A DNA stretch of 64,000 bases from Phoronis australis (lineage: Eukaryota > Animalia > Phoronida), in the NCBI GenBank assembly GCA_002633005.1, contig NMRA01000144.1, positions 608,248-672,247 of the forward strand, written 5' to 3'. Numbering within the stretch: position 1 is the first letter of the stretch; the number at the start of each line of letters is the position of its first letter. This document shows, in pieces, positions 52,246-64,000 of this stretch. Below the pieces are notes generated by a model. The model had not been told where the DNA came from. It did not search any database and was given only the letters and a program-made list of their open reading frames with translations. Both the position numbers and the translations under genes were made by a program.

Positions 52246-55200
52246 TTCAGTACATTTTTGCCCACACATATTTACCTGTATAAACCATGAAATAAAGAAA
52301 TAAAACTAGAGCACTATCAGCATAACGTATATTGTCTCTCTAAGTGAATCTTAGCTTAACATTTCCACTAGTTTGCTGTGTACTCAATGCCACAATCACA
52401 ACATAGCCACCTTCCTACCCCAACATTATCATCATTTCAAGTTTTACACTACACAAAACTTGAAAAACAAAGTTATATCTAATAGCCCAATATTTCTACA
52501 AATGCAATGTGATGAAAAATAAAGAAAATACGCAATTTTTGTATTTGAATTACAATCAGTTTACGAACTTCAAAGCATACCATTACTATAGTATTAAGAA
52601 AATGCCACTTTAATTTTATCATAAAGATTGATATTTTATTATGACCATTATATTATAATAACCACAACATAATTAATATTATAATTTTAATTATTACTAA
52701 TTCTCGATATCAAACTTCACATAAAAATCAGTTTATATGTTAAAATAAGGATTAAAAGGAACGTCCAAGGGCTACGTCCCAAACTGGAGAACTTTTACGG
52801 TAATATAGTGAAGAGAGTAAATTTGAAGAAGTTAACATACACAAAGAAAAAACAATGAAAGAATTGAGACTGAGTTCAAGAGCTGTAACAATATGCATAA
52901 ATAAAAAGTTAAATTCTTGTAATACCATATGGAGAAAATCACACTTGCAGGATATGAAAAAACGTTACCTTTTTTCGAAGCAAAATGATTTGTGAAACTG
53001 TAACAACAGTGAAACCTAAATTCAAACACAGCTCATGCAGATGTTTTATCAACTGATTGTTGCATTCATATATCAAATGTAGCATCACTTGGTCAATTTA
53101 AAAAATAAATACATGTTTGACTGCTTTTTCTATTAAAAATTCACTAAAACAATTAAGAATGTTCAGTACGAGTATGCAATAATAACAGTGAGATTTTTAA
53201 CACTTCATATTTACTGAAAAAATTCAATAAATATTCTATAGCATGTTATATGTTCTCTGAACACGTACAAATAAATACCAAAATGCAGTGTTCGTCTGAG
53301 GTTGCATTTTTACAAAATTTCACAAAATTAAGCTGAAGATGACGAATGCTGAGATTATGGGTGCAGCACGTAACAACTAAAAGCAAAGAAACCAATCAAG
53401 TATTTCATTTTTTGATTTCCATTTTGGACCACATGAGTCACCTCTTTTTGCCTGACTTATAACACTACGCCACGTTCTGTGCTAGTGTAACAATTTTTTA
53501 CTGTTTTCAGGGACAAGAAATGGACCCAAAAAATTTTGAGGTGGGTCCACTGGACCAGTATTTGGAATAGTAGGACAAACACTGCGAAAGGGCTAAGCTA
53601 CAAAAATTAACATTTCCCCCACAGTTCCAATTTACACCCCTTACGAACAAATCATAGAGACCCTTAACAATCTTCTTGCCATGAACTTAGAAATTTAAAG
53701 TGTTTCACTGTCTCATAGCCGTAATTTGCCAGCCAGTTAATCCTGTACCTAACATCAGCTTATTCAGCACTTCAGCACTACAAGTAACCATAGCTACCAA
53801 ACCACAAAGCTACCTAAGTGATAGATGACTCATGCAAGCATTGGTCATCACCAAAAATAGCATGCATACCCTGGATCTGACGTCTCTACATTAATTGCTA
53901 ATCATATATAAGCTGCCCTTTGAAAGATAAAGTAAATTCACAATCTCTGACAAGTTCAATTCACAGATTACGACAAACACGATTTTTTCTTGTCAATACA
54001 CACAAAAATGGTTTTGATGAATTAGAATGCAAACAACTGAATACGATAACTTCAAAAACATTAGAAAGGCATTCCAACTTGCAATGCAAAGTGATGAGTA
54101 ATTACCTAAGTTATGGAAATTCTTACAGAAAAAATTAATAGTTTAGGTAAAAAATCCCATATATCCACCAGGAATGCTCTTTGTTGTATCCATGCATTCT
54201 TGGCCATAACAAAATTATTTTAAATAAGGATAAATATCAAAGAAATTCCAGTAACATCACATTTATCGGACCCCTGTACAAAATGCAGTGACAATGCAAA
54301 CCCATCCTGCCCCCTAGTGAGCTTATTGTGAACTACTAAAACCTTGTTGAGGGAGGCAGTTACAGAGTGAAAAGGTGAAAACAACTGACGCAGATACTGA
54401 ACTGGTAGGTGTTTATGATGCAAAGCAAGTGCACAAAGTGAACGGGTACACTTGCAAAAATCTTAAATGATACTCTAAAAATCCCTACTGGTCACTAAAC
54501 ATGAAATTCTTTCACTAAACATGGAAATTTAAGTTTATCTGCTCACAGCAGAAGTGAGTCAGCCACACAACTTCATGATGCGCAACTGCTAAGTACAATT
54601 CAACACTCTATTTAAAATTCTGGTTTCTTAGTCTTTGTTTGAATAATAAATAAAATCACTAGAATGTAGTTCCAACAATACACTCCCAACAATGTCTTGA
54701 TTTCCAGTAATGGAAAAGGCTATAATTTAAGTATTTGCAAAATCTCAATGTCTACAATTCAACAGAACTCAGAATAGAAAGACTTGGGTATTCTTTTGAG
54801 GTCTGCAAACAGACCAGACACTCTTGTCAAATTACACAGTCCAGGGCCTGATTAATGAGTCTTAAGTGGTCCACATTAAAATTAAACTCAGCAGTAGAAA
54901 AGACCCTACTTGTGCTCAGGGGCAACTTAACACAGGGACAACTTCCATCAACATATGGAGGTAGACTAACTATCTAGGGTAACTTGCCCCAATGTGCCTT
55001 ATGTAGATGCAAATAGCTTACCCAGTTCACACAAAGGGTGGTCTATATATGAGATCTTAGTGGGAAGTCACAAAAAATATTAAAAGCCTTTGAAAACTGA
55101 AAGAAAGGTAAATTTTGTTGGGATTGACGAGATATTAACATATATTGGGATGGAAATGCATTTCACTGGCCACTCTTGTTTCTATGTTTGTCCATGTAGT

Positions 55201-56346
55201 CAGATGAAAGAATCCAAGTGATTCTAAATTAAAGGAGGTTAAGCTAACACTTGTATATTTCAACCACTGTCAATGTTAGCAATGTCAGCTATGTGCGGGC
55301 ACAGCTCACACTGCAACAGTAAATAATGGAAATTTTAACAAATGTTGTTCTACAAAGCTAATAATATAATCAACTTTGTTCATAAAATTTTACAATGTAA
55401 AATTTCACTACTTGCTATAGAGGCTGCATTTGAGAGGCTTAATAAATTTCAGACCACACAGTAGACATTTTTAACTCTGTCTGCCAGTGACACACAATCA
55501 GCCGAGTCAGTCATGGGTAAACGAGAATATGTTTGAGGCACTACAACACGATGTAAGAAAAATTTCTAAAAAATCCAAAGAAATTAATCTATGGGATTTA
55601 TATGATATGGTTTCATTTATTTATGCCATTTTAATTGTTTACATTCACTGGCACATACTGAACTGCAAGCAAAATGCTTTGAATATAGCCTTCATTGGGT
55701 TTTATGGGCACCCCTATTTCTCTTCTGTCTCAACCAGTTCTGTAACAATCTTGAATCTGCATTCAAGCACGCCAGCACGCTACTATTAGTGTGCAAAATT
55801 GTCATCAACATTCTCAATCATATTGACTGTTTATCTGATTATTGTTGATAAACACCAGGAAAATATAGCTTTGAAATTCTGTTCAATAAATCATGGAACT
55901 TCAATATCGCAGTTTCCCCATCTTAATGCTAACAATTTCCCTGCACTGACCTTTATGTGCTTGATAAAGACATTTTTAAATGTCATTCATATGTGGGAAG
56001 CCCATATAAATTGATAGTGTTATGACAGCCAAACTCTGCATTGATACATGAGCCAGTATAGAGGAGCTGCCCCCAAACCACATGCAACAACTACAAAGAG
56101 AAGCTGAAAAACAAGAGAAGGAACAATCTAAGGTAAAATGGCAACAAGTCACCAGGGACACTTGCATTAAAATGTAAAACGGATGATCAAATATTCATCT
56201 AAAAATAGACAAATACATTGATATTTCAAAACACTATTTTCAATTCATTCCGTATATGTGGCTACAGTTAGCATCTGGGCTTTTTGTCAAGGACTTTTGG
56301 AAACCCATCAATAAATTGACAGACCTTCTTTTACAGACAAGTTCTC

Positions 56347-56681
56347 TAGTTATGTAAGACTCTAGAAAAATGTACAAATTTGGCTAGAAGATAATATCTA
56401 AGAATTGGCTGATCAGATTCAAACGTTCAGATATTATGTTTCGTGCAGTTCTCAAAACGCTGTCAGGAAATTGTTTGCATGAGGGGCTATAAAAGTGGGA
56501 CATTTATATGAAATACCATTTTTGCAATTGATACACGTTTCCTTTTGCTAAATTTTACTAAAAAGACATAGCCACACTATGATCCAATCACCGAGTTAAA
56601 ACCTATAAGTTTGTAATGTAGATATGTTGCTGAATACACAAACTTTACACAGACTTGTTCATAACTTCTACATAACTTTAA
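56347..56681 (+). mobile_element. MITE family C, internally deleted copy
   Basis: TATGTAAGACTCTAGAAAAATGTACAAATTTGG and TTTTGCTAAATTTTTACTAAAAA match the 46358 copy; ends CATAACTTTAA. Confidence 0.6.
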
Positions 56682-57637
56682 TGGCCATAACAAAAAACGT
56701 CATTTTTCGTAAATATTAGAAAACACCCGAGCCTGTAGAAGTTAAGACAATCTCCTTGAAAAATTACAAATTAAAAAAAAACGAGTCCTGGTGTATTTAT
56801 AAATGTCCAAGCATGATTTACGTGTATGTAATACATTTCTAAGATTAATAAAAATATATTTTTTATAGGCTGAACCGGAGTATTCAAAATTATATTTGAA
56901 GAAATGTGACAAATGTAAAAAAGGTAGGCAGTTAACTGCTTTGACGTTAATTTATTATACAATATAAGATAATATGTGATAGTAAACCAGGCTCTTTATT
57001 ATAAAAATAATTTTAAATCACTGGAAGTTTTAAAGATATTTAAACAACCAACAGAAACTTGCAGAATCTTATAAGGAATTTGAAAAGAAAACTATTTTAC
57101 AGATTAAAATTCAGTAGACAGAATAAATTCAATGTATAAATCTAAAAACAGGAAAATTAAGACAACATACATCAATTTTGATACTAAAGTTTCCTTTAAA
57201 AATTCTTAGCAAGAATCTAAAATACCTGTATCACTCAAATGGCTGTTTTCTTAGCACATACAAATGCAGGCTGGCCTAAATATTCAACTCTTACTTGCAT
57301 AAACAATAATTGGTAAAATGGACATTTCTGGTTTTTCAATGGCTAACTACAATGTTAAAGATGATGAAAAATTTACCAAATGTGATTTTGTCACAGTAAT
57401 ATACACAGAGCAGATTGTGTTATAAATTAAATAGAATTTCTTAATGCCGGGTCCATATTTGTTGAGAAATTACATAACAAAATAAATTGTGTTGGCCATA
57501 TTGTGTGATAAATGGGTGAATTGCCCTACCCTTGTGTACTTTTATATCATTTTATTACACTTAATGTGAATTTAACCAGCTGACCACCATGTCAGATAAG
57601 TGGCTACAGCATGACTGCCAACACACAGGCACCAACC

Positions 57638-57666
57638 CACGCACACACACGCACGCACACACACAG

Positions 57667-57696
<30 letters not shown>
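57638..57696. repeat. (AC)n microsatellite
   Basis: Compound GCAC/AC run. Confidence 0.9.
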
Positions 57697-57698
<2 letters not shown>

Positions 57699-57699
57699 C

Positions 57700-57935
57700 T
57701 AGAGCCGGATTTCAGCTATGGGAAAATTGCCCCAATTTCAGACAAAAATAATGACCAAAATTACCCTTTTTCTGCCTTCTAACAGTGTTGTGAATGCCCA
57801 CAATTTTTCAAAATATTTTCTGATGGTAGTTATTGGAACAGAATTAAAGTGTGATAAAACATTAAGATGATGCCACGCATCTTTTATTAAAAAATGAGTA
57901 AATACAATTTCACTTGTCTGCCATAGTGTGTTGAA
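57700..57935 (+). repeat. Interspersed repeat, copy 1 (copy 2 at ~61945-62120)
   Basis: AATTACCCTTTTT...GTGAATGCCCA...TTTTCAAAATATTT...AATTTCACTTGTCT is present in both places. Confidence 0.6.
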
Positions 57936-60900
57936 CTAAATTGGTGAGATTTTTATTGTACACAGTTTACACAAATCGCTATTTGCTGATCTACCACTTT
58001 TTCAGGGTAGGTCACTGAATGCCACTAGTCTTTGAACTTTGTTACTTGCTGTAGCAGATTGTGTATTAGTGAGAACCCCTTATCACCACCGATGATAAGT
58101 AATGCTGCTAAAAAGGCAAACAAAGCAGACTCTACCTCAGTTATTACCACACTACATTTTCATTAAAGGGCTTTAACTCAGTTTTCCAAAATACCGTAAA
58201 GCAGTTGTATTACCGCATTGACTAACTAATAAAATCTTTGAATAACCAAGAATTTAGTTTGAAAATGTTGATGTTGAGTTTTTGTTATTTTGGCTTTTGG
58301 TAATACCAAGCAACATCAAATTTCACAATGATGTCATACCCTTAACAACAAGCAAACCCAAGTGCAGACGTTAGGTGTGACTTAATTTTTTCAAAATGTC
58401 AGTTTTGAAATTTATTCAAGATCAAACTTCTCATCTCAAATTGTTCTAATCAAAAAAACTACTCAACAACATAACATAACCTCCACTTAGTGAAATGCTG
58501 GCAGCGGGTAATCATGATTTTGAAATTGGCACACTTTTGAGATCGAATTGTGCATTCTTATGTGACACTGAGCTGAAATAGCTTTAAAAAACCCTCTATT
58601 TCTTATTTCATAGAATATGCCATGGGCATAATAAAAGAAATATTCAACCTTTTGAGCAGTAGCCAAAACGCTACAATTTGAGGTACTCAACATCCAGACA
58701 AAACATTTACTTATACCAAGGTAAAAAGTCAGTGAACCGAAAATATAATTAAATTAGTCAAAACATAAAACAGACACCCTACAAATATATCAATCCATTT
58801 TCAAAAGGATTTCAATCATTAATTCAATTAGAGGTGTTTTTACAGTACAAGTCAGAGACCAAAATAAAAACAAGGAAATTATAAAATTCAATGATAAATC
58901 AGAAATGTGTTGAACCGATTAACGTGTGTTTATCATTAGTTATTTTTCCACTTGTATTTAGCATTGAAATAATGAAATTGATGAAAAAGACCAAAAGAAA
59001 TTATTTGTAATTTATTTCATATTTTTATTTTATGGTTTCTATAACCAGCTGCATTAATATAATCCTAGTTTTCAACTCCAGAAAATAAATGCCGTCTACT
59101 TTAAGACACACACTTCATGTTATTCACAAATAATTTGCCTTTCAAAATAACCAAATATTATCTATATTGTTTTAAATTTACAAATTATCTGATAACTATG
59201 AAAATAATAATTAAATTTTAGTGTCTGGACCTACAGAATTTTCACCCAGTATGACAAGCGTTGCACCCAGCCAAGCAGAGCAACTGTCTGTCTCAACACC
59301 TCACATAACACCAGTCACTCTTAGTATGTAGCAAATATATCTGTACAGCCCCAAGCAAAGCAGGTACCTAAAAACTATTCACTTTGGGACAATAAATGTC
59401 AAATTTCTCAACAAAAATATCCTTTCAGGAAAATTAACTTTGCTTTTAGCATGGCTTGTATTGGTCGCTATTGCCTAATAACATTTGGTAAAATTGTGAG
59501 CAATTACAACATTGTGGTAAGCCTCTGAAAAACATAAATGTAGCAAGTTCAGCATTCACTTTTGTCCCAAATTGAAGAATTTTCAGGTAACAAATACACA
59601 CAAAGTTAAACCTACAAAAATTAAATTTCAGGTAAGAATCTCATTTTCTGAAATTTGAAATTATTTAAAGCAACAAGACTTAGTTTTGCTAACACATCTG
59701 ATGATATTTTACTGATAATATTCTAAATATTGTTCTCATAAAAAATAATAAAAAACTCAGGAAAAGGACCAAAGAAGCTTTTATAAAAACATGAAAATTA
59801 TTGCGATAATGCAAACTATAAAAATATGAAATGAAGTAATGTAATTATAAAACAATTTTAACTGAGTACAAAGTATTGCAATCTTATTTGAAGACTGGTA
59901 TTAATAAAACATAAAAAATATCTTGTGATTTGTGACACACTTTTCACAATGATGTCAGAAGAATTAGTAAAAATAAAAAGAAATAAATGTGTTATACATT
60001 TGAAGTGATTATTTATTTTTACATTTAATTTCAAATTCCAAAAATATACATATTTACACTGCTTTCAACTTCAAGTAGGTATCAGATAAGTAGGTAAAGT
60101 TATAAACAAATTAAGCACATTCAGGATTTTTAATAAGTGGCAAGTAATCATACCAATAAACAATTAAGACGAAAATTAAAAAATTGATGACTTATAAGCA
60201 TAAAAATAAAAACCTACAGGAAAGTCAACTATTAACAAGACACAGTCAGTTTTAGGGCCAAAATGCATTTTTGGGATTATAGCTAGGTAAGTATTCTTAG
60301 CTTTGACCAAAAACAGCAAAGTCCATGAGTTTCTGCGATTTTGTTAGAAATGACATATTTCCAACATAGGCTTCCTGTCATTAGGTAAAATTAACTGAAA
60401 TCGAAGCTAATGGCCTTAAAAGATAAGTTCGCTTAAAATGCTCAGCTACTTGTGGCATTGGTCTTTACCTCTAGGAACAAATCATTGGGTTCGAATCTGT
60501 CGATTTCAGTCTGGGAACTGATTTCAAATATACAACATTTAGAGTGACATTATCAGCCCCAAAGTTCAAAATTAATTATTTCAAATAAACTTATTGATCT
60601 GAACATTTTAAACAAACTGAATGCAAAACATGCGGCACCTAAATGAATCAAATTCTTCTGCACCAAACCTGTTTTTAAACACACATTAATAATTATATTC
60701 TGTATAGAACATTGAATGTTCATATCTGCTGTTTACAATACACCAGCCAGTTCAAAACTGAACCATTTCTCCTCAGATTTACTTTATTTTAATTCACTGT
60801 CTCCAGCACTAAAGCAATGCCATCAATCACGGACAATAAGTGCTGAAAATATTACTCGTAAAAACAGTTACCTTAATAATGATCTGACAACAAATTAACA

Positions 60901-63900
60901 GAAAAAATCATAAAGCAATGTTTCTAGTACCATGTAAACGAAAAGTCACTATATCTGTACACAACTGTAAATATACCAAGTGACTTAATATTGGAAAAGA
61001 CACTAAATGACTTTGGAATATCTAATACGAAATGACTTGACCTTACACAAAATTCTCTGTGGGGTATGTATAACAGTTATGTAATTCAAGTCCATTTACT
61101 GCACTATAGAACATTATAATGGAAAATAGTAATTTCCAATTTAACAACTAACATGTGCACAATCCATCCACAACTTCCATATGGTAGCAAACAAGTGAAT
61201 ACGAACGAAAAAAAGTAATAAAATGGCAAATGCTTATTATTCTAAACAAATAAAACCATCATTAGATTCATCTCATGCCATTATAGTATAACAAAAACAT
61301 AAAATACTGTTTAAATTTAACCAGTAATAAATTACTATTAACCTTCAAGGCACATTTTAGAATTTCCCACTGTCAGTTACAAAAACAATTAAAATGATAT
61401 TTAAATCTCGTGGTTAAAAATCTTATTTAGAAACATCTTGAAAAGGATTATGAATAGTGAAAAGACCTCATAAAATTGATTAGCTTGCTGTTGGTTAAAA
61501 ATATAATACCTCGTAGCCAGAAGGAATTTAATAACACGAAAGAAAATTGGAAATACGATCACTTGTAAGTTCATTAATGTGATACAAAATTAACCAGATT
61601 TTTTGTGACTCGTCAGTCACTGAACTTAATTGTTTTGTCTGGAAAATCACTGAGAAAACAGACAAATAAAATGTGCTTTGTCACCCGATTCTTCGACTTG
61701 CAACTGGAAAAAAGAGATGTTCAAAATTAAAGGCGAAAAAAATTAAATATCGCAAAAAATAAAATGCCATAAAATCAATCATGTACAGGACAACTGAAAA
61801 CTGACCTTCACAAAGCAGAACAAATATTGTAAAATTAATTTTGATCAAACCACAACAGAATGAGGACAAAACAGATGAAAAATTAATAAAAATCACCAGT
61901 TGCTTGCAGTCAAATCTCACCAACTTCGGTCAGAAGTAATTGCGAGAATTACCCTTTTTCGTTTTCAAGGTTTTCTGACATTGTAGTGAATGCCCAAATT
62001 TTTTCAAAATATTTGGTGATAGTACGTAACTATGGCACAGGACTCAAATGCATTTCTTTTGATGCTACATATCTTTTATGAAAATATTAAGAAAATTAAA
62101 TTTCACTTGTCTAGTATAACGAGTCCTACAATGGTAAAGTTTTATGGTAATCTATTTCAACAGGGTGATTTTCCTCATGCAGGTGCATTGCCACATAGTA
62201 CAAAAATTAGGTGTCAATATCATGTTCGTTTCAGTTGCCTTGTCATTCAATTGTCTTGCCAAGGAACAGGCCTACTTAGCAAGTGGGTATTATAAAGAAA
62301 ACAGGAAATAAAAAAATTAGTTCATTAAGTCAATAAATATGTTAAAAGCTCATGTTAAGCATCTGGATAAAGAGTAGAAAAAAGAGCAACATCAAATTTC
62401 CGAAACTTTTGAGCATTTTAGTGGCAAATGATTAACTAAGAATAATGTGAACTGGCATCTCTTAAATTTCCTGTGTGCTTGTATCTTGAGAATTAGGGCA
62501 TTATAAAACCCCTTCAAGTGCAGTTAATAAATGATATATTACACTCGAGAAAAGAAATACATCGATTGAACTGATGCCGTGCCAACTTTGGTTCTCAGCT
62601 TGCATAAAAACTAGAGCAAACATTATATAAGACACAGCTGAGTTGAATTGTTTTCGTATAACAGATCTTAAAGTACAACTTGTGATTACTGAAAGCTATG
62701 CAGACACAATACCTGGCAATTCTAATAAATATGTAAAATAATATAATGTTGATGTTATCAAAGAACACAAATCACAGCGTACCACTTCAAACCTTCTTCT
62801 AATGGTGAAATCAGCAAAAATACCATAAAATACACTCCCAGTAACTCATCAATAAAATTCAAGATATCTTGCACACATGCATCAAACAGCATCTAAAACA
62901 AGAGTGACCCCCCAAGTGATCGCAATGTGAATGAATTGACAAGCCCTTTCAGGCTTACCCAGGGCAGGATTTTTGAGTCAGCTGAAATCAGTTTAAGGAA
63001 TTAAAATCGTTTGCTGTTGCACATTAGAATAAAAACATGACGCGGCTAACAATTTAAACAAAGTGACTTCAAACTATGTGGATCAATGGTACAACGTATT
63101 TAAGCTAAGCACATGTTTTACAAGTGAGATTTAATTACCAGTATTATGCATCACAAACTGAATAAACCATCTCGAAAAACAATGTTTTTAATATTCTTTT
63201 TAATTCAAACAGTACTGCCCCTTAACGTTCACTCCTATGTCAAGTGCATTCCCCATACATGATAAATCAGACCTTTTATCTTGTGTATCCAAGGGATACC
63301 ACTGTTGACTAGCAACCGTTAATTTATTTTAAACTAGATATTGATTTTTTCAACTGCACTATTTTCCCCGTGCAATGCAGATTGTGTCACGTAGCGCCGC
63401 AGATTCAGTTTCTAGAGACGATCGATACTGTGCAATTATAACTCCTGGGTCATAAAAGGATTCGAGCAAACTTGCACCAGCGTAGACATAAAATTCATAT
63501 TGGCCTCGTTTCTGATAAAAGATCAGATATTTTTTACACAGCATAAACAGCCTGAGTGTGGAATTATTCATCATAGACAAATGACATGTTTTAGAGACTG
63601 AATGTACTGAATGTGCCAAGTCAGTAACTCGCCATGGCAAACATCATACATTACAAATGAGTTCTGTACAACACAGTTACCATCTTTGCACTCGCACTTC
63701 TTCAGACTAAAGTACATCAGCTGATTGCTTTTTCATGATTACAAAGCCAGTAGCCTCAGTTATTTTATGTCTACCAAGCTGCCAAGCCATATTTGCCCAC
63801 AACACAGTGTGTATAAGCACCTAATAAACGCAACATAAAATTGAAAATCCAAACACTGAGTAGCATTTGTGTGATTGCGATGACGTTTCTCTGCACTATC

Positions 63901-64000
63901 ACTCTCCGCAGCTACAATGGAGATATTTGTCATACTGCTTCTTAGTGTAATGAAAAGAGAATATAGAAGTAGAAAGTATATAACTTTTTGCTTTCAGCCA

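Noticed and set aside
52969-52997. 29-nt minus-strand exon-like segment
   Set aside because: Weak pyrimidine tract and donor (GTAACG); not frame-preserving; no supporting neighbours.
691-63640. The many other 60-154 aa ORFs in the track
   Set aside because: Mostly non-ATG starts, composition typical of random AT-rich DNA, no recognisable domains; several simply cross MITEs or microsatellites (e.g. 4010-4474, 20995-21453, 35407-35740, 36894-37217).

Overview
AT-rich, intron- and repeat-laden eukaryotic DNA, not a prokaryotic window: there are no operons, rRNA, tRNA or CRISPR arrays. The MITE families and mosaic CpG pattern resemble a marine invertebrate genome, but the species cannot be determined from the sequence. 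Almost all ORFs in the track are chance ORFs. The one convincing protein-coding unit is a + strand CDS contained in one exon at 20735-21196 (153 aa). It has the architecture of a pro-apoptotic BH3-only protein: an acidic, probably disordered N-terminus carrying three xxNNN motifs (one an exact [DE][IL]NNN SPSB/Gustavus-type degron), a canonical BH3 helix (IQQVADQLQQIGDQMEDEL) and a C-terminal hydrophobic tail anchor. A coherent gene model surrounds it: a promoter with CCAAT, TATA-like, nuclear-receptor, HRE and AP-1 motifs; a splice donor 3 nt after the stop codon; a zero-spacer p53-type response element in that intron; a strong acceptor at 25617; and a ~2 kb 3' UTR with four Pumilio elements and paired seed matches for miR-92, miR-183 and miR-200/8, ending at AATAAA 27580. 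From ~27 kb to the end the sequence looks CpG-depleted and strand-skewed, consistent with the methylated body of a convergent minus-strand gene, for which only candidate exons could be found (including a possible 3-nt microexon). Several non-autonomous DNA transposon families, micro/minisatellites and local duplications fill the rest. All motif calls were made by eye and need computational or experimental confirmation.
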